A stretch of DNA of 64,000 nucleotides from an uncultured Chloroflexia bacterium (GCA_963776355.1 CAVZLU010000008.1:962225-1026224); one strand, 5' to 3'. Positions 1-9,985 are shown, counted from the stretch's first letter. Notes: generated by a model not told the origin, from the sequence alone. A program made the numbers and translations.

Positions 1-398
1 CGCGCCGGGGCCTTCCCGTCCGCCTCGTGGATGGCGCACCGCTCTGCCCGCTCATCGCCGGCATGGACGTGGCAGCCGCGGTCGTCGCCGCGCTGGAGCA
101 GCCGTGGACGATCGGCAGACGACTGGTGATCGGCGGGCCGGAAGCGATCGCGTGGGAGGACCTCGTCGAGCGCTGGTCGCGTCGCATCGGGCGCCCCATC
201 GAGGTCTGCCGCCTGTCGCCGGAGGAGGCGCAGGCTCGAGGGGACCACCTGGCGCTCCTGCTGGAGCACGCTGATGTGCCGCATGTCGAGGAGCTCGAGA
301 ACGCGCGGCGACTCGGGATCGCCCTGGTGTCCGTGGACGCGTTCCTCGCGGCGCAGCCGGAGCTGAAGGTGGCAGCGTCGCCCGCGGGGACCTTGTGA
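1..398 (+). CDS. NmrA/SDR-like NAD(P)-binding protein, C-terminal part (5' end outside window)
   Basis: The frame is open from the window edge (codons from nt 3) to TGA 396-398. The sequence ...RLVDGAPLCPLIAGMDVAAAVVAALEQPW..RLVIGGPEAIAWEDLV resembles the C-terminal half of NmrA/atypical SDR proteins. The GTG at 27 is probably internal. Confidence 0.5.
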   Translation, partial: RRGLPVRLVDGAPLCPLIAGMDVAAAVVAALEQPWTIGRRLVIGGPEAIAWEDLVERWSRRIGRPIEVCRLSPEEAQARGDHLALLLEHADVPHVEELENARRLGIALVSVDAFLAAQPELKVAASPAGTL

Positions 399-421
399 GC
401 CGCCGCGGCCGGCGGGATCCG

Positions 422-690
422 CTACGGCGAGCTCGGGAGCGATTGGTCGTACCAGCGCAGACACGCAGCGCGCGCATCGTGTTCCAGCGGCTGGGCTGAC
501 CATCGCCGTCGATCGTGAATGGACGGCGCCGGCGTGGTGTGTTCCAGCAGCCACGTGCCATCCGGTCGCCGCTTCGAGCGGACCACGCCGATCGCCTCGT
601 CCAGCGAGGGTCGGGCCGATCGCGCGAGCCCGCCGATCCATCGGTCGACTGCTGGTGCGCCAGCAGATCCTGCCAACCGGGGCTTGCGTG
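422..690 (-). pseudogene. Decayed 3' remnant of a prenyltransferase/terpene-cyclase-repeat-like gene
   Basis: Recognisable peptide pieces hop between two minus frames: LLAHQQSTDG | WIGGLARSARPSLDEAIGVVRSKRRPDGTWLLEHTTPAP | FTIDGDGQPSRWNTMRALRV | LRWYDQSLPSSP*. There are QxxDG(G)W-like repeats. The upstream part would collide with the GH18 signal peptide at 780. Confidence 0.4.
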
Positions 691-779
691 CGGGCGGTAA
701 GGTGGCCTCGTGCCCACGGCCGGCTTGCCGGCCACGTCGGCCCTGTCGGGATGAGCCCCATCCGGCGGTCGACCGATCG

Positions 780-2294
780 ATGAGGCCACCCGTGCGCCAA
801 AGATCCCGGTTTCGTCCGGCCGCCCTTCGGCTCGTCGTCGTCGTGCCGGCCCTCCTCGCCTGCTTCCTCACCTTCGATGCGACGAGGCCGACCGACGCTC
901 GAGCCGCCGATCCCGGCATCCACGCGCTCGCCCATCGGCGCCCGGCGCCGTCGCACGAGGTATACGGCTACCTGCCGTACTGGCAGCTCGACGCAGGAAC
1001 GGAACGACGACTCGCCTTCAACCGGCTGTCCTCGATCGCCTTCTTCGCCGTCCCCATCGGTCCTGATGGCGCCCTCGATCGGGGCGCGATCGGGTATCGG
1101 GCGTACGTCAGCCAGGCCGCACGAGCGGTCACGAATGCCGCCCATGCCCGGGGCGTCCGCGTCGTCCCGACCTTTCAGCTCTTCGACGGCTCGAAGCTGC
1201 GCTCGCTCCTTGACCATCGCGCGGCCCAGGCGCGCTTCATCCAGCAGGCCCTGGCCCTGATGGGCCGCCGGGCAGCGGATGGCGCGAACCTCGACGTGGA
1301 GCCAGTGCCGGCCTCCCTGGCAGCGGAGTTCACGGCCTTCGTGGGGCGGTTCAGCCGCCAGATGCACCGCCGGTTCCCGGGCTCACAGCTCGCCGTCGCG
1401 ACTCCGGCGATCGTCTCGGACCGGCTGCTCAAGGGTCTCGAGCCGGTTGTGGACCGCTTCTTCGTGATGACGTACGACTACCACTGGCAAGGATCGCGGC
1501 TTCCCGGAGCGGTCGCGCCGTTGAGCGACGGGCCCCACAACGTCGGGAAGACGATCCGCAACTACCTGCGCCTGGTGCCACGGCGGAAACTCATCCTGGG
1601 CGTGCCCTTCTACGGCTATTCGTGGCCGGTGGTCCAGGCCGGCGGGACCTGGCGCGTGCGCTCGAACCCTGCGCGCTGGGGCGGCGTTCGGGCCGTCACG
1701 TACGCGTCGGCGCTCGACTGGCTGACCCGACACCCCTCGGTCAAGGTCCATCACGACGCGGCGACGGGATCGTGGTTCCGGTACCAGGACCGGGCGAAGA
1801 AGACCGTGCGCCAGGTGCACTTCGAGGACGCCGCGTCGGCAGCGGCGAAGTTCAACTTCGCCATCGCCAACGGTCTCGCCGGTGTCGGGATCTGGTCGAT
1901 GGGGAACGATGCCGGCTACGGCGGCATGGCCCAGGCGATCCAGCGGACCTTCGTCCATCCGATCCGCCGGATCACCGCCAGGACGACGGTCCGTCCGGTG
2001 CGCCTCGACCGAGGTGCGGTCCGGCTCGACGCGTCCATCGTCCTTGGGGACCGGGGGTCACGCGCCGAACGCGGAACCCTCACGTGGCGGGTCGCTGACC
2101 CGCGGGGTCGGACGATCGCGTCGGGGCATGGCGTGGAAGCCCTGTACCCGGGCGACACGATCCGCGCGCGGATCGCGGTGACGCTCGGGCGCGCATCGGC
2201 GCTGAGGGCGGGAACGTACCTCCTGATCGTTCGCTTCACCGTCGGGTCGTGGACGCCCGTGGCCTCGACGGTTCGATTCCGCCAACCGTACTGA
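780..2294 (+). CDS. Secreted glycoside hydrolase family 18 (chitinase/YaaH-like)
   Basis: GH18 motifs are YGYLPYWQ, DGANLDVEP (DxxDxDxE-type), FFVMTYDYHW and GVPFYGYSW. The ATG at 780 gives a basic-hydrophobic signal peptide, MRPPVRQRSRFRPAALRLVVVVPALLACFL. The track ORF start at 519 is probably a GC-driven extension. Confidence 0.85.
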   Translation: MRPPVRQRSRFRPAALRLVVVVPALLACFLTFDATRPTDARAADPGIHALAHRRPAPSHEVYGYLPYWQLDAGTERRLAFNRLSSIAFFAVPIGPDGALDRGAIGYRAYVSQAARAVTNAAHARGVRVVPTFQLFDGSKLRSLLDHRAAQARFIQQALALMGRRAADGANLDVEPVPASLAAEFTAFVGRFSRQMHRRFPGSQLAVATPAIVSDRLLKGLEPVVDRFFVMTYDYHWQGSRLPGAVAPLSDGPHNVGKTIRNYLRLVPRRKLILGVPFYGYSWPVVQAGGTWRVRSNPARWGGVRAVTYASALDWLTRHPSVKVHHDAATGSWFRYQDRAKKTVRQVHFEDAASAAAKFNFAIANGLAGVGIWSMGNDAGYGGMAQAIQRTFVHPIRRITARTTVRPVRLDRGAVRLDASIVLGDRGSRAERGTLTWRVADPRGRTIASGHGVEALYPGDTIRARIAVTLGRASALRAGTYLLIVRFTVGSWTPVASTVRFRQPY

Positions 2295-2375
2295 GCGCAC
2301 CGCCGCGCGGCTGGCCTGGGTTGTTCGCCCGTCGTACGCGACCGGCGCGCGGGGTGGCGGCACCGGCCGATTGCT

Positions 2376-4430
2376 CTACCCGGATCGCAACGCCATCTCC
2401 AGGAAGGCGAGCACGTCCGCCCGCTCATCGATCAGCTTGCCGACCGGCTTGCCGACGCCGTGGCCGGCGTCGGTGTCGACCCGGATGACGATCGGCGCCT
2501 CGCCCGCCTGCGCCGCCTGGAGCGCCGCGGCGAACTTGAGGGAGTGCCCCGGCACGACGCGGTCGTCGTGGTCGCCGGTGGTCACGAGCGTCGCCGGGTA
2601 GGCGACGCCGGGACGCACGTTGTGGAGCGGCGAGTAGGCGAGGAGCGTGCGGAACTGCTCCGGGTCGTCGGCCGAGCCGTAGTCGGCCGTCCAGCCCCAG
2701 CCGATCGTGAAGCGGTGGAAGCGGAGCATGTCCATCACCCCGACCTCGGCCACCGCGGCGCCGACGAGCTCCGGGTGCTGGGTGATGGTTGCACCCACCA
2801 GCAGGCCACCATTCGAGCGTCCGCTGATCCCGATCCGCGAGGGCCGCGTCCACCCCGATGCCGCCAGCCACCGGGCGCAGGCGGCGAAGTCGTCGAAGAC
2901 GTTCTGCTTGTTGGCCAGCCGCCCGGCGTCGTGCCAGGCCCTGCCGTACTCCCCTCCCCCGCGCAGCGCCGCGACGGCGAGCAGGCCGCCCCGCTCCATC
3001 CACGCGAGCCACTCCGGCTTGAACATCGGGCCGATCGGGACCTGGAAGCCGCCATATCCGTAGAGGAGCGTGGGCACGTCGCCGCTGCGGGCGACATCGC
3101 GGCGGTGCGCCAGGAAGAGCGGTACCGGCGTCCCGTCGCCGGACGTGACGAACACCTGCTCGCTCACGAAGTCGTCGGGATTCCAGGCGAAGGCCGGCGG
3201 TCCCACCGGGCGAACGGCTCCGTCCGCCATCGTCACGGCAAGCAGCGACGGCGGGGCGGAGAAGGTCATGAAGGTGACGAACAGCTCGTCATCGCGGACC
3301 CGTCCGGCCATGTCGACGATCGTGCCGATCCCGGGCAGGGCCACGTCGACCACGTGGCGCCCGTCGAGCTCGAAGATGGCCAGCCGGTGGTGGGCGTGAT
3401 GGAGGTACACGGCCGCAAGACGGCTCCCGACGAGGCGCACGCGCTCGAGCGCATCCGCGCCCTCCGGGATGATCTCGCGCGGGTGGTCGGGGTCGGAGAG
3501 GTCGACGGCGACGACGCGGCCGAGCGGGGCGTCGCGGTCGGTCAGCAGGTAGAGGGTCTCCCCGACGGTGGCGATGTGGGCGTAGTGGGCGTCGGCCGCG
3601 TCGAGGAGCGGGCGCACGATGGCCGCCTCGACGCCGGCCGCGAGGTCCGCGACGTAGATCCGGTCCTCCGGGTCGCTGCCCCGCCAGACGCCGAGCACCA
3701 GCAGCCGGCCGTCGTCGGAGACCTCGGGCTCGTAGCCCCATTCGGGCTCGTGCGGCGTCGCGAAGACGAGGTGGTCGTCCGCCGCGTCGGTGCCGAGCCG
3801 GTGGTAGCGCAGCTCCATGTCGCGGTTGGGCGTGTCGTCGGCCGCGCCGCCCGGTGGCTGGGGGTAGCGGCAGTAGAAGAAGCCGGCGTCGTCATGCGTC
3901 CACGCCGCCGACGAGAACTTGCTCCAGGCGATCCGGTCGGGCAGGTCCTGGCCGGTCGCGACGCGCCGCACACCCCAGGTGCGCCAGTCGGAGCCCGCGT
4001 CGCTCGTGGCGCAGGCGACGAGCTCGCCGCTCTCGGCGACCGCTACCGCCGCGAGGGCCGTGGTGCCCTGCTCGCCCAGCCGGTTCGGGTCGAGGAGCAC
4101 CGCGCCCGCCGCCACGGGCCCATCGGCCGTCCAGAGGACGTCCTGGTCCTGGAGGCCCGTGTTCCGGAGCTGGAACCAGCGGTCGCCGCGCCGCCACGGA
4201 GCGCCCGCGCGCGGGAAGTCCCACAGCTCCGCGAGACGCTCGCGGATCGCGCGCCGAGCAGGGACCTCGCCGAGGACGGCCTCGCTCAGCGCGTTCTGGG
4301 CCGCGATCCACGCGCGCGTCGCCGGCGCGTCGCCGTCCTCCAGCGGGCGGTACGGATCGGCGATGGGCGTGCCGTGGTAGTCGTCGACCTGGTCGGCGAT
4401 TGGGGGCGGAGGGTACGTCAGCCCGGGCAT
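2376..4430 (-). CDS. Prolyl oligopeptidase (S9A serine peptidase)
   Basis: The N-terminus has DDYHGTPIADPYRPLED. There is a beta-propeller region and a catalytic domain with GRSNGGLL (GxSxGG). ATG 4430 (MPGLTYPPPP) is the likely start rather than 4754. Confidence 0.9.
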   Translation of the reverse strand: MPGLTYPPPPIADQVDDYHGTPIADPYRPLEDGDAPATRAWIAAQNALSEAVLGEVPARRAIRERLAELWDFPRAGAPWRRGDRWFQLRNTGLQDQDVLWTADGPVAAGAVLLDPNRLGEQGTTALAAVAVAESGELVACATSDAGSDWRTWGVRRVATGQDLPDRIAWSKFSSAAWTHDDAGFFYCRYPQPPGGAADDTPNRDMELRYHRLGTDAADDHLVFATPHEPEWGYEPEVSDDGRLLVLGVWRGSDPEDRIYVADLAAGVEAAIVRPLLDAADAHYAHIATVGETLYLLTDRDAPLGRVVAVDLSDPDHPREIIPEGADALERVRLVGSRLAAVYLHHAHHRLAIFELDGRHVVDVALPGIGTIVDMAGRVRDDELFVTFMTFSAPPSLLAVTMADGAVRPVGPPAFAWNPDDFVSEQVFVTSGDGTPVPLFLAHRRDVARSGDVPTLLYGYGGFQVPIGPMFKPEWLAWMERGGLLAVAALRGGGEYGRAWHDAGRLANKQNVFDDFAACARWLAASGWTRPSRIGISGRSNGGLLVGATITQHPELVGAAVAEVGVMDMLRFHRFTIGWGWTADYGSADDPEQFRTLLAYSPLHNVRPGVAYPATLVTTGDHDDRVVPGHSLKFAAALQAAQAGEAPIVIRVDTDAGHGVGKPVGKLIDERADVLAFLEMALRSG

Positions 4431-4506
4431 CAACCCAATCCTACGGTGCCACCACGCCGGCGGGTGCCCGCCGGACAGCGCCGCGCGATCATGGCAGGAT
4501 GCCCGG

Positions 4507-4914
4507 GTGGCGACCTTCCCGGCGACCGACACCGCGCTTACGCACATCCTCGTCGTCCGCGATCCCACCCGCTCGCGCGCCTGGTACGTCGATGTCCTCG
4601 GCGCGTCCGTCTTTCGGGAGTACGGGGCATCGGTCGTCCTGAGCTTCGCCGGCGCCTGGCTCCTCCTCGTGACCGGCGGCCCGCCCACCGACGACAAGCC
4701 CGGGGTCACGCTCGCCCCGCCCGACGATCCCGGCCGTCGGGACAGCCTGTTCACGATCCGCGTCGCTGACTGCCGGGCGGCGTACGAGATCCTGGTCGCT
4801 CGCGGCGCGTCGTTCCTGACGCCGCCGGTGACACATACGTCCGAGACCCGCTGCTTCTTCCGCGACCCGGACGGCCACCTCTTCGAGATCAGCGAGTACC
4901 GGCCGGACGCCTGA
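4507..4914 (+). CDS. VOC/glyoxalase-bleomycin resistance family protein
   Basis: 135 aa with a GTG start. The C-terminus FFRDPDGHLFEISEY is typical of the VOC fold. Confidence 0.75.
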   Translation: MATFPATDTALTHILVVRDPTRSRAWYVDVLGASVFREYGASVVLSFAGAWLLLVTGGPPTDDKPGVTLAPPDDPGRRDSLFTIRVADCRAAYEILVARGASFLTPPVTHTSETRCFFRDPDGHLFEISEYRPDA

Positions 4915-5005
4915 CGGCGCGGATCGGCGCCTCGACCGAGCCTGGGGCGGCGGCTCGACCCGGTCTCGTCGGCGCCGCCCGCCCGGTCCGGCTTCGTTCG
5001 ACCCG

Positions 5006-5518
5006 TCAGAGGCGCCGAGCGCGGATGCGACGCCGACGCAGGGCCTCTCGGTCGCTCTCCCGCGGCACGACGCTGATCGACCCGTCCTGCTCGAGCACCA
5101 CGAGCCGCGCGTCCTCGACCCGCTCGAGCCCGTGCTCTCGCAGCGCGGCCGCGAGGTCATCCTGGTCGAGGTCCTCGGCCCGTACCGCGCCGTCGAGCCA
5201 GCTGCCGTCGCGAGCGAGCACGGTCGGCTCGGGTTCGAGCAGGCGCCGCACCCACGGCACGCGTTCCCGGGCCATGGCCGTGAGCCAGTTCAGGGCGAAG
5301 ATCGTGGCCAGGATGACGATGCCGCCCGCGGCCGAGGTGTCGGTCCCCGTCATGGCCGGCTGGAGGGCATTGGCCGCCAGGAGCAGCAGGGCGAGATCGA
5401 AGATGGTGAACTGGCCCAGCTCCCGCTTGCCGAAGACCCGGAGGATCGCGATGAAGACCAGGTACACCACCGCCGTCCGGGCGACCAGCTCCAAGGGGTG
5501 GACTCCGAAGACAAACAC
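5006..5518 (-). CDS. DUF421/YetF-like membrane protein
   Basis: LVFIAILRVFGKRELGQFTIFDLALLLLAANALQPAM followed by a soluble C-terminal domain. The start is uncertain: GTG 5518 is preferred, and the track start 5677 adds an Arg-rich extension. Confidence 0.65.
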   Translation of the reverse strand: MFVFGVHPLELVARTAVVYLVFIAILRVFGKRELGQFTIFDLALLLLAANALQPAMTGTDTSAAGGIVILATIFALNWLTAMARERVPWVRRLLEPEPTVLARDGSWLDGAVRAEDLDQDDLAAALREHGLERVEDARLVVLEQDGSISVVPRESDREALRRRRIRARRL

Positions 5519-5688
5519 GGCTGGTGTCCTCCGCTGATCGCCTGGTCGGGCACGAAGTCGGGACCGCGACAACGCTACCGCCGCCGGGAGCGCTCCGCGG
5601 GCCGCAACCGGTTGTCGCCAGCGCCGTTCGCGAAACCGGATCAAGATGCCCGTCGTAGGGACGTCTGTCCGCAGCATGGGGGTGACGC

Positions 5689-7608
5689 ATGGCAGGACTG
5701 TCCGCGGCGCGCATGACGCCGGGTCGATCCCTGGCCCGCCTGGCGGCGATCGGCGCCGTCGTCGGGCTTCTCGCCGGCTCAGTGGGGACCGTGGCGGCGG
5801 CCGCGCCGGCCAGGTCGCTCGGCCACCAGTCGACCGCGAAGATCACGCGGATCGGCACCGCCCACCTTGGCCGCAGCAGTGGCGCCACGGCGCCCACGGT
5901 CGACCAGACGCAGCCCGACCCGGAAGAGGCCCAGGCCGCGCTCGACAAGCAGATCCCGAACTCCATCAACGCCGCCCGCGTGCCCTCGGCGCACGTGCCG
6001 CGGCCGGCCGCGCTGCCGGTGATGGACGCGACCGGCGGTCACGGCTTCGACGGCCTCAATCACTTCCTCCAGCGCACGGCAGGCACTGGCGCGTTCACGA
6101 ACACCCAGTTCTCCCTGGAGCCGCCCGACCAGGCGTTGTGCGTCGGCGCCGGCTTCGTCGTCGAGAGCGTGAACACCGCCATCCGCGTACGAGATGCGGC
6201 CGGTACCAGCCTCTCCGCGGTGACCCCGCTGAACGCGTTCTTCGGCCTCAAGCCGGAGTTCGTCCGCCCCAGCGGGCCGTTCGGCGAGTTCACCTCGGAT
6301 CCCAAGTGCTTCTTCGACCCCGACACGGGCCGCTTCTTCGTCTCGCTTCTCGAGATCGACACCGACCCGGTCACGGGTGACTTCGGCAACAGGTCCGAGA
6401 CGCTGCTCGCGGTCTCGCAGACATCGGACCCCACCGGCGCCTGGTACCTCTTCTCGATCGACACGACCGATGACGGGACGAACGGCACGCCGTCGAATCC
6501 GGGCTGCCCCTGCTTCGGCGACCAGCCCCTGATCGGCGCCGACGCCACCGGCTTCTACATCAGCAACAACGAGTTCCCGATCCATGTCGCCGGGTTCAAC
6601 GGCACGCAGCTCTACGCGATGAGCAAGGCCGCGCTGGCCGCGGGGACGCTGCCGACGGTCGTCCACATCGGCAACCTGACCCAGGCCGAGGGCCCGGACT
6701 ACTCGATGCAGCCGACGACGACGCCGCCAGGTGGCGCGCACGCGACGGCGAACGGCGGGACCGAGTACTTCCTGTCGGCGCTCGACTTCAACGGCACGCT
6801 CGACAACCGGATCTCGCTCTGGGCCCTCAGCAACACGAGCAGCCTGGCGTCGGCCACGCCGTCCGTCGCGCTGAGCCAGACCATCGTCGGCACCGAGGTC
6901 TACGGCCAGCCGCCGGCGATGCAGCAGCGCAAGGGGTCGGCGCCACTCGACGAGGTCCTGCAGGGCAGCCTCGGCGTCAGGCTCGGCCTGGTCGCGAAGC
7001 CCGCGACCGAGCACTTCAACGTCCTGAACAGCAACGACGACCGCATGAACCAGACCGTGTTCGCCGGGGGCAAGGTCTGGGGCGCCGTGAACACCGTCGT
7101 GAAGGGACCCAACGGGGTGGCCCGGACCGGGATCGCCTGGTTCATCGTGACCCCGTCGGGGAGCGGCACATCGCTCTCCGGGACGATCGCCAACCAGGGC
7201 TACATCAACGTGGGCAACAACAACGTGGTGTTCCCCGCGATCGCCGCCAACGCGGCGGGCAAGGGCATCGTCAGCTTCACCCTCGTGGGCCGGGACTTCT
7301 TCCCGGGCGTCGCGTACGTCCGGGTCGACGCGGCCCATTCGCCGGCGGCCGTGAGCGTCGCCCGCTTCGGCTCCGGGGCGGCCGACGGCTTCACCGGCGA
7401 GGTGAGCCAGGACCCGGGCGACCGCGGCGTCGAGCGCTGGGGTGATTACGGCGCCGCCGTGGCCGCTGCCGATGGTTCGATCTGGTTCGCCAACGAGTCG
7501 ATCAACCAGTCCTGCACCGTCAACCAGTTCCTCGCCGACACCTCGTGCGGCGGGACCCGGACCATCCTTGCCAACTGGGGCACGTTCATCGGACAGGTGA
7601 CCCCGTAG
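5689..7608 (+). CDS. Hypothetical secreted protein (639 aa)
   Basis: ATG preceded by GGGGGTG. It has a signal peptide ...LAAIGAVVGLLAGSVGTVAAAAPA and coding-like GC3. I recognise no domain. Confidence 0.7.
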   Translation: MAGLSAARMTPGRSLARLAAIGAVVGLLAGSVGTVAAAAPARSLGHQSTAKITRIGTAHLGRSSGATAPTVDQTQPDPEEAQAALDKQIPNSINAARVPSAHVPRPAALPVMDATGGHGFDGLNHFLQRTAGTGAFTNTQFSLEPPDQALCVGAGFVVESVNTAIRVRDAAGTSLSAVTPLNAFFGLKPEFVRPSGPFGEFTSDPKCFFDPDTGRFFVSLLEIDTDPVTGDFGNRSETLLAVSQTSDPTGAWYLFSIDTTDDGTNGTPSNPGCPCFGDQPLIGADATGFYISNNEFPIHVAGFNGTQLYAMSKAALAAGTLPTVVHIGNLTQAEGPDYSMQPTTTPPGGAHATANGGTEYFLSALDFNGTLDNRISLWALSNTSSLASATPSVALSQTIVGTEVYGQPPAMQQRKGSAPLDEVLQGSLGVRLGLVAKPATEHFNVLNSNDDRMNQTVFAGGKVWGAVNTVVKGPNGVARTGIAWFIVTPSGSGTSLSGTIANQGYINVGNNNVVFPAIAANAAGKGIVSFTLVGRDFFPGVAYVRVDAAHSPAAVSVARFGSGAADGFTGEVSQDPGDRGVERWGDYGAAVAAADGSIWFANESINQSCTVNQFLADTSCGGTRTILANWGTFIGQVTP

Positions 7609-7650
7609 CCGCGGGGCCGGCACGACCGGCCTCCCTGCCCGCCTCGAACG

Positions 7651-7680
7651 GAGAGCCGGCCCCCAGCGGGGCCGGCTCTC
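7651..7680 (+). terminator. Perfect 13-bp GC hairpin (GAGAGCCGGCCCC-cagc-GGGGCCGGCTCTC), no U-tract
   Basis: Read directly. It lies 43 nt after TAG 7606-7608, between convergent genes. Confidence 0.5.
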
Positions 7681-7805
7681 GCGCGTCGACCGGCGCGCGG
7701 CCCCGGCCGCCGGCACTCGCCCCAGACCGCTGCGCGCAGCCCTCAAGGCGCTCGAGCTGCGCCCGGACGTAGGCCGGCGTCGACCAGCGCCTGTGCCCCG
7801 CAACG

Positions 7806-8196
7806 TCAGAAGTCGCGGCGCCCGACGAACGTGGCCTCGACGCCCGGACGGGTGAGCTGGTAGATGGCCAGCCGGTGGCCGCCGGGAGCCGCTGAAGGAG
7901 TGGACCGGGCCCTGGGGGATCTCGAGCGTCCGGCCGCGGGTCCAGCCGCGGCCCTCGAGATCGGACGTCGCCGCATCGAGGTCGTGGACCCGGTAGACGA
8001 GGATCGGTCGATCGCCCTCGAGGTGGTCGGCAAGCAGGATCCGCGGCGGATCGACCGTCAGCTCCACCATCGCCACTCTCGTGTTCATCGCCTCGATCGC
8101 GAAGATCAGCCGGCCCCCGAGGACCTCCGTGAAGTAGCGAGAGTCGGCCGCGACATCGCGACTGGGCATGTAGATGTAGTCGAGATGCTCCAGCAT
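7806..8196 (-). pseudogene. VOC/glyoxalase family gene with an apparent +1 frameshift near 7885-7895
   Basis: MLEHLDYIYMPSRDVAADSRYFTEVLGG...EIPQGPVHSFS continues in another frame as APGGHRLAIYQLTRPGVEATFVGRRDF*. The span is 391 nt (3n+1). The RBS is GAAGGGGG. Confidence 0.6.
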
Positions 8197-8442
8197 GCGC
8201 GCCCCCTTCGACCTCGGATCATCGCCATTTTCCCGCACCTGGAGGGACGGCGCCCCCGGGGCTGTGGCGCCCGCGGCGGCGGCGATCCGTAACATCGCCG
8301 GCCCCGACGGCGCGATCCCCACGGCTCGGTATCCTGACCGGCAACCGCGCCGTGCCGCACGTCGCCGGCAAGGCCGCCTCCCTGGTGCACCTGCCGGTCG
8401 CGTTCCCGCGGGAGGACGACGCGAGAGTCGGAGGGTGCCTGG

Positions 8443-9426
8443 GTGACGCGACGGGGCCTCGTCCTGTTCGGGCTGATGTCGATCATCTGGGGAATCCCGT
8501 ATCTCTTCATCCGGGTCGCGGTGGCCGAGATCACGCCGGCCACGCTCGTGTTCGTCCGCACGGCGATCGCCGCGGCCATCCTGGTCCCGATCGCGCTCCT
8601 GCGCGTCGACCTCCGTCCCGTGCTGCGGCGCTGGCGCTGGGTCGTTGCCTTCGCCGCCGTCGAGATCGCCATCCCGTGGGTGTTCCTGGGATCCGCCGAG
8701 CAGCAGATCTCGAGCTCGCTCGCCGGCCTGCTGATCGCGGGCGTCCCGCTGGTCGGGGCCGCGATCGCGATTGCGAGCGGGGGAACCGATCGCCTCGGAC
8801 GGACGGGGCTGCTCGGACTGCTCATCGGGCTCGCCGGGGTCGCTGCGATCGTCGGCGGCGACTTCCAGGCGTCCGACACCATCGCGCTCCTCCAGGTCGG
8901 CGTCGTGGTCGTCGGGTATGCCCTCGGGCCCGCCATCCTGTCGCGCCGCCTGGACGGGCTGCCGTCGATCGGGGTCATGGGCCTGTCCCTTGCGCTGTGC
9001 GCCATCCTGTATGCCCCGGTCGCGGCCGCCCAGTGGCCGGCGGCGATGCCCTCGGCGAACGTGCTCGCCTCCGTCGCGATCCTCGCCGTCGTCTGTACCG
9101 CGGCCGCGTTCATCCTGTTCGCCGCCCTCGTGGCGGCGATCGGCCCGGTCCGCTCCACCGTGATCACGTATGTCAACCCGGCGGTCGCGGCCGTGCTCGG
9201 CGTGGCCGTCCTGGGTGAGACGTTCACGGCGGCGATGGGGATCGGGTTTGCCCTCGTGATCCTCGGCTCGACGCTCGCGACTCGACCGGCGCGCGCGGGG
9301 GCCAGCGGCACGTCCCGGTCGGCACGGTCGGGGTCATCGGTTGGCGTCGGCGCGCCGTCCCGCCGGGGATCCGCGGCGACGGGCAGGACGATCGCCCCGA
9401 TCGCGGATGCGGACGACAACGCGTGA
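8443..9426 (+). CDS. EamA/DMT family transporter
   Basis: About 10 TM segments. The N-terminus [20 protein letters not shown] is typical of EamA. GTG start. Confidence 0.8.
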   Translation: MTRRGLVLFGLMSIIWGIPYLFIRVAVAEITPATLVFVRTAIAAAILVPIALLRVDLRPVLRRWRWVVAFAAVEIAIPWVFLGSAEQQISSSLAGLLIAGVPLVGAAIAIASGGTDRLGRTGLLGLLIGLAGVAAIVGGDFQASDTIALLQVGVVVVGYALGPAILSRRLDGLPSIGVMGLSLALCAILYAPVAAAQWPAAMPSANVLASVAILAVVCTAAAFILFAALVAAIGPVRSTVITYVNPAVAAVLGVAVLGETFTAAMGIGFALVILGSTLATRPARAGASGTSRSARSGSSVGVGAPSRRGSAATGRTIAPIADADDNA

Positions 9427-9532
9427 TCGCGTCCGGGACGGCTCCCCTGCCGGGCGACGCCCGAGCGGGCGGCCGCGATCGCAGCTGAGGCTCCGCGTCG
9501 CATCGCCAGCCCATCCGTGGCAGGATCGGTGG

Positions 9533-9985
9533 ATGCCATTGAGCGGCGACTACGCACCCGGGACTTCCGCCTGGGCCCGCAAGCAGGCCGAGCTCTATGA
9601 GGCCACGGGCGGCGCAGAGGGTGGCGACCTGCGGGGGCGTCCGATCATCGTCCTGACCTCGGTCGGCGCGAAGACGGGCAGGCTGCGCAAGACGGCGCTG
9701 ATGCGGGTCGAGCACGCCGGCGTCTACGCGGTCGTGGCGTCGAAGGGCGGCGCCCCGAAGCACCCGGTCTGGTACCACAACCTGGTGGCCAACCCGATCG
9801 TCGAGCTCCAGGACGGCCCATCGAGGCGCGACTACCGGGCCCGCGAGGTCACCGGCACCGAGAAGTCGACGTGGTGGGCGAGGGCGGTGGCCACGTGGCC
9901 GGACTACGCCCGGTACCAGGCGAAGACCACGCGGGAGATCCCCGTCTTCGTCCTCGAGCCGATCGAGGCCGCGACGCCCACCTGA
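9533..9985 (+). CDS. Deazaflavin (F420)-dependent nitroreductase-family oxidoreductase (DUF385)
   Basis: [66 protein letters not shown]. The ATG at 9533 is preferred over the track start 9341. Confidence 0.8.
   Translation: MPLSGDYAPGTSAWARKQAELYEATGGAEGGDLRGRPIIVLTSVGAKTGRLRKTALMRVEHAGVYAVVASKGGAPKHPVWYHNLVANPIVELQDGPSRRDYRAREVTGTEKSTWWARAVATWPDYARYQAKTTREIPVFVLEPIEAATPT

Noticed and set aside
2270-2280. tRNA T-arm-like GGTTCGATTCC.
   Set aside because: It lies inside the GH18 coding sequence. The putative T-stem has a mismatch, and no complementary acceptor 5' strand (TACGGTT) occurs about 70 nt upstream.
5779-8322. Very long ORFs in the track that run antisense to or out of frame with recognisable genes. 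Examples: 5779..8322 (-), 2460..4769 (+), 25501..27732 (+), 28745..31975 (+), 36434..38659 (+), 55375..58539 (+).
   Set aside because: Their translations are Arg/Gly/Pro/Asp-rich low-complexity strings, typical of non-coding frames in very GC-rich DNA. They overlap genes with clear family signatures. Only the first ~130 codons of 5779..8322 are real (the VOC gene).
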